The translations under genes were made by a program, and so were the position numbers. Below are positions 20,102 through 29,293 of a stretch of 64,000 nt of DNA, in pieces. The notes under the pieces were generated by a model. It saw only the letters and a program-made list of their open reading frames with translations, had not been told where the DNA came from and ran no database searches. The first letter of the stretch is position 1. Every line of letters starts with the position of its first letter. Origin of the DNA: Candidatus Saccharimonadales bacterium (GTDB lineage Bacteria; Patescibacteriota; Saccharimonadia; UBA4664; SCTI01); the NCBI GenBank assembly GCA_035479795.1, contig DATIII010000002.1, forward strand, positions 7 to 64,006. Reading direction: 5' to 3'.

Positions 20102-20683
20102 TTAGTAACAAGTATTGGGCCAGGGGCTGCAGCCCCGAGCCGCATAGGTCTCATGCGCCTTGGCGTCCTGTACCTCGGCTGGTGCGTCGGAGGCATGACG
20201 GTAGCCACCATAGCCGCCCCAGGTACCATCGTTGTACTGGTAGGCGCCGTAGTAACCGTTGCCGGTGTTAGTGGCGTAGTTGCCACCCGATTCCCGCGCG
20301 CGAATGCGGGCAAAGATGTCTCCGCTCGGCGCAGCTGTACTGACACGGTGCGAAGCAGCCTGGTGGTGCGTTACAGGCGCCGTAGCCGCTACCGGGGCCA
20401 CGGAACCATAGCCGTCAGGCAGGGGGCGATCGGTGGTTGGTTTGCTTGGAATGGTTAATTCTTGGTCGACGCTAATTACGTCGGGATTTGATAGTTGGGC
20501 GTTGGCATTCCAGATTGGACGCCAATTTTCTAACTGGTTGTCGGCCGCAATCGAAGACAGTGATTCTCCGGTAGCGACCTTATGTTTTTCTGGCTGGTCG
20601 GTTGATCCGCTAGCAGCATGAGCACTGCCGGAGGCCATACCAATTCCCGCCGCTATTGCTAGCAGCATAATGATTTTACGCAA
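20102..20683 (-). CDS. Secreted LysM plus Rpf-like (transglycosylase) protein
   Basis: Signal peptide ending AHA; LysM (GESLSSIA...NPDVI); RESGGNYATNTGNGYYGAYQY..GTW...PWP. Confidence 0.9.
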   Translation of the reverse strand: MRKIIMLLAIAAGIGMASGSAHAASGSTDQPEKHKVATGESLSSIAADNQLENWRPIWNANAQLSNPDVISVDQELTIPSKPTTDRPLPDGYGSVAPVAATAPVTHHQAASHRVSTAAPSGDIFARIRARESGGNYATNTGNGYYGAYQYNDGTWGGYGGYRHASDAPAEVQDAKAHETYAARGCSPWPNTCY

Positions 20684-20773
20684 GTTTTCTCCTTGTTTTT
20701 ACTCTAATGGCGCCCTGTCGCATACAGCCATTTTTTGGCGTCTACTTCACCTCACACAGTGGCACAAGCATTT

Positions 20774-20802
20774 AGGCTAACAAAGACCTCGTTAACGGTC
20801 AA
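20774..20802 (-). promoter_or_regulatory. Sigma70 promoter of the LysM-Rpf gene
   Basis: TTGACC-17-TAGCCT with extended TG. Confidence 0.6.
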
Positions 20803-20925
20803 TAGTGCAATTTAACAGTTTTTGACGAAATTGACACGCAGCTTAAGAGGCTGATAGGTTGAGATAATTACAAAAATTGGTGGGTGAGTCCCAGGAAAGG
20901 TTTCCACCTATCCTGGGACTCCCAT

Positions 20926-21822
20926 TTACTGGCCCTGGGCCAAGCGCAACCGCTTCACGTTGGCGCTGGCCTCGGCGGCCTGGGTAGAGGCCACTTCAGT
21001 CTCGTCGGCCTCGGTCATCCCGACACTGGTGGTGACCACCGGCGGGCCGAGCAAACTAGCCACCACGGCGGCCGGCGCGGTCAGCACCTTGTCATCGAGA
21101 AGTCCCACTCCCTTGTTCAGGGCGCAGGCACTGGCATCGGCCAGGGCCTCCCTGGATACGACGACCTCACCGTAACCAGTTGGCTGCTTGCACTTGAACC
21201 CAACGTCATCGACCCGAATCCCGGCAATTCCACCGATTTCCCGAGCCTTGGTAATGATGCGCTTGTCGAGCAACCCGCGGATCAACTGCCGGTAGGTGAT
21301 CTTGCCGGCGTCCGTCTGGATGACCTGAACGATGCCCTCGTAGAGGTAATCGCTCCAGCTCGACATTTCCAGCTGCTTCTTGGCGACGTCGACCACCTGG
21401 AAGTGGATGACGGGTGTGACCTTAAAGGCCACGCAGTCGCGGGTAACGATCTTGAGCTCTTGGCACTCGTGCTTCTGAGGCCGCATATCGGTGGGGGGCT
21501 GCTTGTGGATAAACGGCAGCTTGAACCACTGGCCGGCGGTCCGGATCATCAGCTGCTGCCGCCGGGCCGGGTCCCAGCCGATCGGGCAAGGCAGAATGAA
21601 CGGGCCGAAGGCGCGCAAGCCATACCGATCCCAGTACCACGTCCGCAGGTGGAGCGGCATGCCGAAACGGGTCATGACGGACTCGTGGCCGTAGGGCATG
21701 CGAAAACAGCTCTTCTTCCCATCGGCATCGTCCTTGGCCTTCTTGGCCGCAATGCCGAGAATTCCGCCGGTAGTGACACTACCCCCGACAAGTGAAGGAA
21801 CAATTGTTGCGAGACTGGGCAT
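20926..21822 (-). CDS. SPFH/band 7 domain protein (GC-rich orphan islet)
   Basis: VMTRFG, G..FKLPFI, QELKIVTRDCVAFKVTPVIHFQVVD, GIRVDDV; SD GGAGGGG before ATG 21822; terminator 20884-20925. Confidence 0.7.
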   Translation of the reverse strand: MPSLATIVPSLVGGSVTTGGILGIAAKKAKDDADGKKSCFRMPYGHESVMTRFGMPLHLRTWYWDRYGLRAFGPFILPCPIGWDPARRQQLMIRTAGQWFKLPFIHKQPPTDMRPQKHECQELKIVTRDCVAFKVTPVIHFQVVDVAKKQLEMSSWSDYLYEGIVQVIQTDAGKITYRQLIRGLLDKRIITKAREIGGIAGIRVDDVGFKCKQPTGYGEVVVSREALADASACALNKGVGLLDDKVLTAPAAVVASLLGPPVVTTSVGMTEADETEVASTQAAEASANVKRLRLAQGQ

Positions 21823-21977
21823 AAGCCCCCTCCATGGGACTCGAGATTTACAGGTAAAACGTACTCCTCGCACCCCAATAAAACCACAAGCTCAATCAAT
21901 TGTTAATAAGATTTTTGGCAGAATGCTCAAATCGGATCTACTGCTTACAGCTACAATAGGACAAAAGGAGAGTAGCC

Positions 21978-22280
21978 ATGTGGCCGAAAGATCCAGGGTC
22001 GCGTTTGCAGGACAAAGACACAGAGATCGAGCAACTGAAAGAAAAACTGGCTGACATAAAGGCGAGTCGACGTCGCAAGCTGCCGCGACCACTCCGACGC
22101 CTTTTGATAGCGCTGGTAATCTGGGAAACGGCCTGGAAGGGTGCAGCCTTATGGCGAGCAGCCAGGCGTGGCCAGATCGGCTGGTTTATCGCCATATTAT
22201 TCTCTAATACTGCTGGCGCCCTGCCAATTACCTACCTAATGCGCGGCGAAGACAACAGAGAACCGGAATCTAACCCTTAA
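21978..22280 (+). CDS. DUF5652-like small membrane protein
   Basis: W..WKGAALWRAARRGQ.GWF..IL..NTAG.LPI.YL. Confidence 0.8.
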   Translation: MWPKDPGSRLQDKDTEIEQLKEKLADIKASRRRKLPRPLRRLLIALVIWETAWKGAALWRAARRGQIGWFIAILFSNTAGALPITYLMRGEDNREPESNP

Positions 22281-22353
22281 GCCTCCTCTCAGGAGGGTAT
22301 GAGAAACCTAGAATTTGCCCCTATACCTAGATCCATCCTCACGCTCGAGCCAT

Positions 22354-22387
22354 TTTCAGTTATTTCTCAGCTAAATCACAGTAGAAT
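22354..22387 (+). promoter_or_regulatory. OmpR-family direct-repeat box plus -10 element
   Basis: TTTCAG-N5-TCTCAG followed by TAGAAT just upstream of the regulator ATG. Confidence 0.55.
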
Positions 22388-22393
22388 AGTGTT

Positions 22394-23074
22394 ATGAGAA
22401 TTCTGGTTGTCGAAGACGAGCACAAAATAGCTAATGCACTCAAGCAGGGTTTGGAACAGGAATCCTACGCTGTCGATCTGGCCTACGACGCCGATGAAGG
22501 ACTGAGCTCAGCCCTAACGGCCGAGCATGATCTAATTGTGCTCGATAGAATGCTCCCCGGCATGATCGAAGGCATTGAGATTGCCAAAGAGGTGCGGGCT
22601 AACAAGATTCATACGCCAATACTAATGCTGACTGCTAAAGATCAGATTCGCGATCGCGTGGCCGGGCTAAATGCCGGAGCTGATGATTATTTAGTGAAGC
22701 CTTTTGCTTTCGAGGAGCTGCTTGCACGCGTCAAAGCCTTGCTGCGACGGCCACAGGATAGCTTGGCCAACATCCTACAAATCCATGACCTGTCGCTCAA
22801 CACGCTGACCTACGAGGTCAAGCGCGCCGGCAAGGTAGTTGGCCTGACCAGCAAGGAATACGCCCTGTTGCACTACCTCATGCGTAATCAAAACCGAGTC
22901 TTGAGCAAAAACAGTATTATTAGCCATGTCTGGGATTTTGATGCCGACATCCTGCCTAACACCGTGGAAGTTTATATGGGCTACTTGCGTAATAAAATCG
23001 AGCGACCATTTAAAGGCCCAGCTTTAATCCACACCATGCGAGGCTTTGGCTACAAGATAGGGGTGGAGGAATGA
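22394..23074 (+). CDS. OmpR/PhoB-family response regulator
   Basis: VVEDE, LDRMLPG, GADDYLVKPF, winged helix with RGFGY. Confidence 0.95.
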   Translation: MRILVVEDEHKIANALKQGLEQESYAVDLAYDADEGLSSALTAEHDLIVLDRMLPGMIEGIEIAKEVRANKIHTPILMLTAKDQIRDRVAGLNAGADDYLVKPFAFEELLARVKALLRRPQDSLANILQIHDLSLNTLTYEVKRAGKVVGLTSKEYALLHYLMRNQNRVLSKNSIISHVWDFDADILPNTVEVYMGYLRNKIERPFKGPALIHTMRGFGYKIGVEE

Positions 23075-24090
23075 GAGAAGTGCGTCGGTGGTGGCAAAGT
23101 TTGGACCCAGCCATTCGGCTGACAGGATCATACCTGCTCATCATTATGCTGATCAGCTTCTTTTTCAGTGTGGTGCTGTACTACATGGCGGCCGGGCAAC
23201 TTTCCGAGGGCCTGCGCCATCAGTATTTGCGCTTCGGCTGCGGACCGGGCTGCGACCCGCAGGGTCCGGTGGGCTTAATTGTCCGAGAAGAACTAGCCAT
23301 CGAAAAGGGCAGACTAATAGCCCAGCTAGCCTATTTTAATATCCTCATCCTAATAATGGCCGCCGCCTCGAGCTTGTGGTTGGCCAGGCGGACCCTCAGA
23401 CCGATCGAAGCCGCCCTAGAAGCTCAGAGCCGCTTTTCTTCGGACGCCTCTCACGAACTCCGCACACCTTTATCGGCCATGCAGGCCGAAATCGAAGTCG
23501 CCCTGCGCAATAAGAAGCTTTCGAAAGATGAGGCCATCAATGTGTTAAAAAGCAATCTGGAGGAAGTTATCAAACTGCGCGGTCTTTCTGACTCGCTACT
23601 ACGCCTGGCCCGCGAAAACGGCCTGGATTATACCGCTGTCGATTTGAAAATAGCTACAGCCGAGGCTGTCAGCCGGTTGCAAGTTTTAGCGGACAAAAAG
23701 CACATTAAAATCGTGGACCAAACAGATTCAGCAATTGTCTCCGGTGATTATATTAGCTTAGTCGATCTAATATCTATCCTGATCGACAATGCCGTCAAAT
23801 ATAGTCCTGAGAATAGTCAGATTACGATTCTTTCCGACACATCCAGCCGTTTCGCTAGTCTGACTGTCAAAGATAACGGCCCGGGCATTGGCAATACGCA
23901 CCTAACACGTATATTTGAACGATTTTACCGGGCTGACGTCTCGCGCACGGGTAGTGGCGGATACGGATTAGGGCTCTCTATAGCCAAAAAGCTGGCTGAT
24001 CTACATCAAGGTAAAATTGAGGTTAAGAGCCAGGCAGGCAAAGGCTCAGAATTTACCTTAAAAATACCTGTTCTAAAGCAGGGGGCTTAA
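23071..24090 (+). CDS. Sensor histidine kinase
   Basis: Two TMs, SHELRTPL, DNAVKYS, DNGPGI, GYGLGLSI. Confidence 0.95.
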   Translation: MREVRRWWQSLDPAIRLTGSYLLIIMLISFFFSVVLYYMAAGQLSEGLRHQYLRFGCGPGCDPQGPVGLIVREELAIEKGRLIAQLAYFNILILIMAAASSLWLARRTLRPIEAALEAQSRFSSDASHELRTPLSAMQAEIEVALRNKKLSKDEAINVLKSNLEEVIKLRGLSDSLLRLARENGLDYTAVDLKIATAEAVSRLQVLADKKHIKIVDQTDSAIVSGDYISLVDLISILIDNAVKYSPENSQITILSDTSSRFASLTVKDNGPGIGNTHLTRIFERFYRADVSRTGSGGYGLGLSIAKKLADLHQGKIEVKSQAGKGSEFTLKIPVLKQGA

Positions 24091-25559
24091 TACTCCTCAA
24101 AAAATAGAGTTAGGCCAAGCTTTGTAGCCTCCGCCTCTAGCTTTTCCTTACCGACTGAGTCAATGGTTGATTGGTCAACTCGTACGATCACCTCAATATG
24201 CGGGTATTCCCGAGCAATAGTAGTCGCTAGCTCTCGACCGGTGTTGAAAGGTAGCGACACCGATTCGATGTCTTCCACGCCAACGCCACCCAATATCTGG
24301 GCCTCCACATAATATGGATCACGCCCTCTCTCACCCTCATACTCGCGTCGTAGAAGCTCGGCCTCTACCGCGTCATCAACGGTGAGAATATTTTCCGCCC
24401 CAGACAGCAGTGGAGCAGAACCGTCCCTAAGCGAGTCCCCATACGAAAATGTTGTCCTTGTCTCGACAACCTCCGGTTTGATCGTGACCGCGCATTCACC
24501 GTAACGATTGTCGCCCAAGCCGACTGCCTTAGAATCCGGCCCCGCGGCTAACGCACCATAAACTATTCGGCTTTCAAGCACGTCGTCTTTTTCCCGACGA
24601 CCAGTCCGACTCTCCATATTTTGGCGTCGAGTTGAATCAGGTGTGCCACCAGAGGTTTCAATTTCACCGTAACCGAGCAGTCGATGACTATCAAATAAAA
24701 CCCGTGCCAAGACTTCTGGCTTGGTATGAACCACCCCAGCTCGCTCGGCGGCTTGGGCCTCTTCGTGTACCTTTTCGGCAGTGCCTTGGTCAAGATGGAG
24801 TCGAGCATAGACGGCGGCCAGAGCGGCTGGACTTTTTTCTTCGGCAGCCGCCACACGCTCCTGAGCCGGGACATGGTTCTCCTGAATGCTTTTCAATATC
24901 TGCTCTAGTTCGTGGCTTGAAATCAACTCCAGAGCCATTGCAGCCTCCTCAGGCCGCGCCACATACTTGTGCTCAAAAAACTTCCAGGCCTCGACAGCTA
25001 ACAGGTCACGTTCCGAGGATTCAGGTAGGTGCCTGAGCAGGGGAATAATCATATCGGCTTCGGCCTTGGCAGCTTCTCGAGTTGCGGTTCGTGTATCCTG
25101 GTCATGCCGGAACCGAAAGGGGTCAGTAATTTCGGCTAACGCCTGGATACGCTCCTGAGCAAGTCCTACATTCAGCCCAGCCAGGTCAGCTTGGTTTAGT
25201 GGAATAGGCTCACGGATGACGCGCTCGGATTTACCAATTTTTGAGTATGAATTATATAGGCCTTTCACCTCTGAACGCCGAAACTCTCGGGACAATCTAG
25301 AAACTACCTCAGCCACCTGGCCTGAATCGGCTGGCTGTTCACGCTCTAAGGCACTAGTAACCCCCTCAAAGCAATCTTTGAGCTTTTCTGGGTCTCGCAA
25401 ATCCTTAGCTTGCTCGACCCTGCGAACATCATGGCTGGTAATTTCCGACCGGGCAACCTTTAAAGCCTCTTCCAGACCGGGGGTAGCACTTGTTTCCGAA
25501 GCCTTGGAATGAAATTCTTCTGCTTCTGGTGTGGCGACTTCGCTCATAAGCGCTAGCAT
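24087..25559 (-). CDS. DUF3626-like domain protein with helical N-terminus
   Basis: IVYGAL, RYGEC, RTTFSYGDS, YVEAQILGGV..EDIE motifs; start may be 25547. Confidence 0.65.
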   Translation of the reverse strand: MLALMSEVATPEAEEFHSKASETSATPGLEEALKVARSEITSHDVRRVEQAKDLRDPEKLKDCFEGVTSALEREQPADSGQVAEVVSRLSREFRRSEVKGLYNSYSKIGKSERVIREPIPLNQADLAGLNVGLAQERIQALAEITDPFRFRHDQDTRTATREAAKAEADMIIPLLRHLPESSERDLLAVEAWKFFEHKYVARPEEAAMALELISSHELEQILKSIQENHVPAQERVAAAEEKSPAALAAVYARLHLDQGTAEKVHEEAQAAERAGVVHTKPEVLARVLFDSHRLLGYGEIETSGGTPDSTRRQNMESRTGRREKDDVLESRIVYGALAAGPDSKAVGLGDNRYGECAVTIKPEVVETRTTFSYGDSLRDGSAPLLSGAENILTVDDAVEAELLRREYEGERGRDPYYVEAQILGGVGVEDIESVSLPFNTGRELATTIAREYPHIEVIVRVDQSTIDSVGKEKLEAEATKLGLTLFFEEY

Positions 25560-25684
25560 AGACTATAGACCTGTAAACTGCTATAGTGGTCGGGTTCAAT
25601 CCAGGCATTGCCACTTCTCCATACATTGCGTATCACGCCATCGCTCGGAATATACTTGTGCCAAAAAAGTGCATTCCTCGCTCT

Positions 25685-25760
25685 GGCCCCATCGTCTAGA
25701 GGCCTAGGACGCCGGGTTCTCAGTCCGGTAACAGGGGTTCGAATCCCCTTGGGGCTACCA
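25685..25760 (+). tRNA. tRNA-Glu (CTC)
   Basis: GGCCCCATCGTCTAGAGGCCTAGGACGCCGGG-TTCTCAG-TCCGG...GGTTCGAATCCC...CCA; terminator 25761-25792. Confidence 0.96.
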
Positions 25761-25926
25761 AAAAGTGTCCGACTTTCATGTCGGGCATTTTTTAGTAAGC
25801 TTTTCTCGGTTTTATATGATATTAGTGCTTTTTGAGAGGCCAACATCCTTGTTAACCTCTCAAGTGGATCACACCAGAGTCCGGCCCATGATGGTGTCGA
25901 GCGATGCCGCCATGACCACACGCTCC

Positions 25927-26073
25927 TTATGGTCGGCATAGTGGGCGATCTCCGTGTACCTCATAGACACGACGAATCGTATCGAACATCTTGTTAAAAG
26001 CAATCTGGTCTTCAGGGAGGAGCTCCATGAAGCCGCTCAGGATGCGAGGCGTAACTCGCTGGGGATCCGACAT
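25927..26073 (-). pseudogene. hisS: Histidyl-tRNA synthetase N-terminal fragment (48 aa)
   Basis: MSDPQRVTPRILSGFMELLPEDQIAFNKMFDTIRRVYEVHG matches the HisRS motif-1 region; SD AAGGA; premature stop. Confidence 0.7.
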
Positions 26074-26268
26074 TCCGGAGTCCTTTCTTAATAGGTTTAG
26101 CCCTGTTGTCGAGGTACTGGCCCTTGAGCCACCTCAATCCAAAAGCTAGTTATATCCTTTTACCATTAATACTATAGAATGACAAGGCTTTATATCGAGC
26201 TAATTAACCTAAAATCCTTGGCTTTTTAAGCTAATAACGGCATAATAAAACAAAACATAAGAGGTTTC

Positions 26269-28074
26269 GTGCAGCTAGCAAGTCGCCGTTTTTCAATCCT
26301 GGCTAATATCCAGATAGCGCTAGGCGCCGTTATTGGTGCGGCGATTTTTGCAACCTATTATCTTGACCCTACCTCGCTGCGTCAGGCCAGCCTGGGGGTG
26401 GCGGTTGGTGGCCTGGGGGCGGTCACTGCCATCTACGGCCTAACCGGCCACCAATTACTCAAAAAAAACCAGATGAAGACTTCGGTGACAATCCTAAGCG
26501 TTCTGTCTGGCGCCAACATATTACTGGTAATTCTAGCCAGTGGCGGCCTAGATTCGCCTTATTACTCCTTGTGGCTGCTTGGCATTGTAGTGGCCGGTTT
26601 TTTTGGTTCTATTGCCACCCTGGTGACTCTGGCAGTTACGGCAGGCTACTTTGTCTATGATTTTTGGGTGCACGGCTTTGCCTCGAGCTATATCACGGGG
26701 CACATTGGCCAGCTGGCTATCAGCCTGACAACCGGCGGGATTGCCGAATGGATTCACTTGAGTCTGGGGAGGGGGTCTATGCAGCATGCCCAGGTGGCTT
26801 CCTTGTCCGGTAAACTTAGTCAGGAGCAACTCAAGGCCGATGTCTTGATGCAAAGTGTGGGTGAAGGTGTGCTGGTGGTAAATGCCAACCGCCAGATTCA
26901 ACTCTTTAATCCAGCGGCCGCCCGCATTACCGGCTGGGATGAGCCCAGCGCGCAGGGTATTGATTACCGGCTGGTGTTAAACCTGCACGATGCCAAGGGG
27001 AATAAGATTGAAGACCGCGATGATCCCTTCACGGCGAGCTGGCGTGAGGGCAAGAGCACGGTCCATACTGATCTGACAATGGAAACTAAGGGCGGTCACA
27101 AGATTGCCATCGAGCTGTCATTGTCACCGATTTTTGATGCCAACCACAAGGTAAGCGGCGGTATCGCTCTGTTTCGTGACATTAGTGCCGAAAAAGAGAT
27201 TGAGCGCCAACGCGCCGAGTTTATTTCGACGGCCTCCCACGAAATGCGTACTCCCGTCGCCGCCGTCGAAGGCTATCTGTCGCTAGCCATGAATGCGGCT
27301 GTGGCAACTGTGGATGACCGCGCCAAGGGATACCTGGAAAAAGCCCACGCCTCGACCCAGCACCTGGGTGAATTATTTCGGGACCTGCTATCGGTTACCA
27401 AGCTAGAAGATTCCGGCAAAAGCGACGCTATGGAGGTCTTCGACCTGACAAAGTTGGTAAAAGATTCCTCAGCCGACATGGCCTTTACCGCCGAAAAGAA
27501 GGGCTTGGAAGTGCAGTTTTCGGCCGCCGAGCAGAGCGTTCGTAGCGAACGGGCCGTACTGCCCATTTACGCGGTGCGAGCAAACCCCCAGCGGATCCGC
27601 GAGGTCGTAATGAATCTCATAGAAAATGCCGTCAAGTTCACTAGCCAAGGCAGCATCCACATTACCATCGGCGGCACTGCTGATACCGTGACCGTTAGCG
27701 TGACGGATACGGGGATTGGTATCTCGCCAGAAGACGCTTCGCACTTATTCCAAAAATTCTACCGAGTTGATAATTCGGCTACCCGCACCATTGGTGGTAC
27801 TGGACTGGGACTCTACCTCTGCCGCACCATTATCGAAATCGCCGGGGGCCGTATCTGGGTGGAAAGTAAACCCGGAGAAGGCAGCGCTTTTAGATTTAGC
27901 TTGCCGCGAGTGGCTAGCCAGGCAGTGGGAGCCGTGCCTAACCCAGCGACAGCCTCCCCAGTTAAACCAGCCTCGCCCACCCCCCAGCCAGTGCCGATAG
28001 CGGTTACATCAACGCTAGCGGCAAAGGCCAACCCGCCCCAGGTTTCCAGCACACCACCGGTTGGGGTAAAATAA
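26269..28074 (+). CDS. Membrane PAS-domain sensor histidine kinase
   Basis: Five or more TMs, PAS (FNPAAARITGW), SHEMRTP, NAVKFT, GTGLGL. Confidence 0.93.
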   Translation: MQLASRRFSILANIQIALGAVIGAAIFATYYLDPTSLRQASLGVAVGGLGAVTAIYGLTGHQLLKKNQMKTSVTILSVLSGANILLVILASGGLDSPYYSLWLLGIVVAGFFGSIATLVTLAVTAGYFVYDFWVHGFASSYITGHIGQLAISLTTGGIAEWIHLSLGRGSMQHAQVASLSGKLSQEQLKADVLMQSVGEGVLVVNANRQIQLFNPAAARITGWDEPSAQGIDYRLVLNLHDAKGNKIEDRDDPFTASWREGKSTVHTDLTMETKGGHKIAIELSLSPIFDANHKVSGGIALFRDISAEKEIERQRAEFISTASHEMRTPVAAVEGYLSLAMNAAVATVDDRAKGYLEKAHASTQHLGELFRDLLSVTKLEDSGKSDAMEVFDLTKLVKDSSADMAFTAEKKGLEVQFSAAEQSVRSERAVLPIYAVRANPQRIREVVMNLIENAVKFTSQGSIHITIGGTADTVTVSVTDTGIGISPEDASHLFQKFYRVDNSATRTIGGTGLGLYLCRTIIEIAGGRIWVESKPGEGSAFRFSLPRVASQAVGAVPNPATASPVKPASPTPQPVPIAVTSTLAAKANPPQVSSTPPVGVK

Positions 28075-28106
28075 TTGCGAAGCGGGTTTATGCTTGTTAT
28101 GCTTAA

Positions 28107-28631
28107 ATGGAACGGGAGACCCTAGTGGCAAAGGTATTATTGGTAGAAGACGACTTTAGTTTGCGCGATATTTATAGTGCTCGTTTTCAAGCTGAGGGTT
28201 ACGCTGTGGTTACCGCTTCGGATGGCGAAGAAGCCCTGGCCGTAGCTGTACGTGAGCGCCCAGACCTGATCGTACTTGATGTTATGATGCCCAAAATCAG
28301 CGGCTTTGATGTGCTGGACATCCTCCGCTCGACGCCCGAAACTAAGGAAACCAAGGTTATTATGATGACCGCTCTGAGTCAAGATGCTGATCGCGAGCGG
28401 GGTGAATCGTTGGGAGTTAACAAATACTTGGTAAAGTCACAGGTGACCCTTGAGGACGTAGTAGTTGCTGTTAAGCAAGCCCTGGAGGGAGCCCCAGCTC
28501 CGGTTGCACCAGCCACCCCAGGTGCTGCTCCAGCCACACCTCAGCCACAGGCCGCCGCTCCACCAGCCGAAGCAACCACCCAAACGCTACCGCCCCCGCC
28601 AGCTGGCGAAGAGCCACCAGCGGCTACCTAA
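28107..28631 (+). CDS. Single-domain response regulator with Pro/Ala tail
   Basis: LVEDD, LDVMMPKISG, MTAL, YLVK. Confidence 0.9.
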   Translation: MERETLVAKVLLVEDDFSLRDIYSARFQAEGYAVVTASDGEEALAVAVRERPDLIVLDVMMPKISGFDVLDILRSTPETKETKVIMMTALSQDADRERGESLGVNKYLVKSQVTLEDVVVAVKQALEGAPAPVAPATPGAAPATPQPQAAAPPAEATTQTLPPPPAGEEPPAAT

Positions 28632-28642
28632 AGGCAGCGCAC

Positions 28643-29293
28643 ATGCGCATTAACCAATATATTGCCCGAGCCACGGGCATGTCGCGCCGCCAAGCCGACG
28701 AGATGGTAGCCGGTGGACGAGTAATGATTAACCATATCTCCGCAGCGGCCGGACAACAGGTGGCCGATGGCGACGTCGTAATGCTAGATGACAAAGCGCT
28801 ATCCATTACCGCCGATAGAACCATCATGATTAACAAACCGGTAGGCTACTTGGTTAGCCGTACCGCCCAGGGTGCGCCCACCATCTACGAGTTACTCCCT
28901 CCTGATATGGCTGGCTTAAAGCCAGCTGGCAGACTGGACAAGGATTCGTCTGGCTTACTGGTTATGAGTAATAATGGTCAAGTGATTCATAAATTTAGCC
29001 ACCCTTCTAAAAACCTGTGGAAGGTTTATCAAGTGACTCTAGACCGCCCTCTGAAACTTGACCACGCAAAACAGCTAGAAAAGGGCGTTAGCTTAGAAGA
29101 TGGGATAAGCCGATTACGGATTGAGATCCAGCCTAACCATTTAACCGTGCAATTGCAGGAAGGCCGCAATCGGCAGATCCGGCGAAGCTTTGCGGCACTC
29201 GGTTATGAGGTTAAGACTTTGCACCGCACAGCCATCGGCAATCTCAAGTTAGCAGACCTGGCTTCAGGCCGGTACCAGGAGATCAGGGCGTGA
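28643..29293 (+). CDS. rRNA pseudouridine synthase (RsuA/RluB family)
   Basis: S4 domain SRRQAD, GRLDKDSSGLL, EGRNRQIRR. Confidence 0.93.
   Translation: MRINQYIARATGMSRRQADEMVAGGRVMINHISAAAGQQVADGDVVMLDDKALSITADRTIMINKPVGYLVSRTAQGAPTIYELLPPDMAGLKPAGRLDKDSSGLLVMSNNGQVIHKFSHPSKNLWKVYQVTLDRPLKLDHAKQLEKGVSLEDGISRLRIEIQPNHLTVQLQEGRNRQIRRSFAALGYEVKTLHRTAIGNLKLADLASGRYQEIRA

Noticed and set aside
20684-20775. ydaO/c-di-AMP riboswitch upstream of the LysM-Rpf gene
   Set aside because: No GCUGAAUCC..GGAACGGGGGA-type core, and the leader is too short
26074-26190. T-box leader upstream of the hisS fragment
   Set aside because: No T-box UGGNACCGCG sequence or specifier stem
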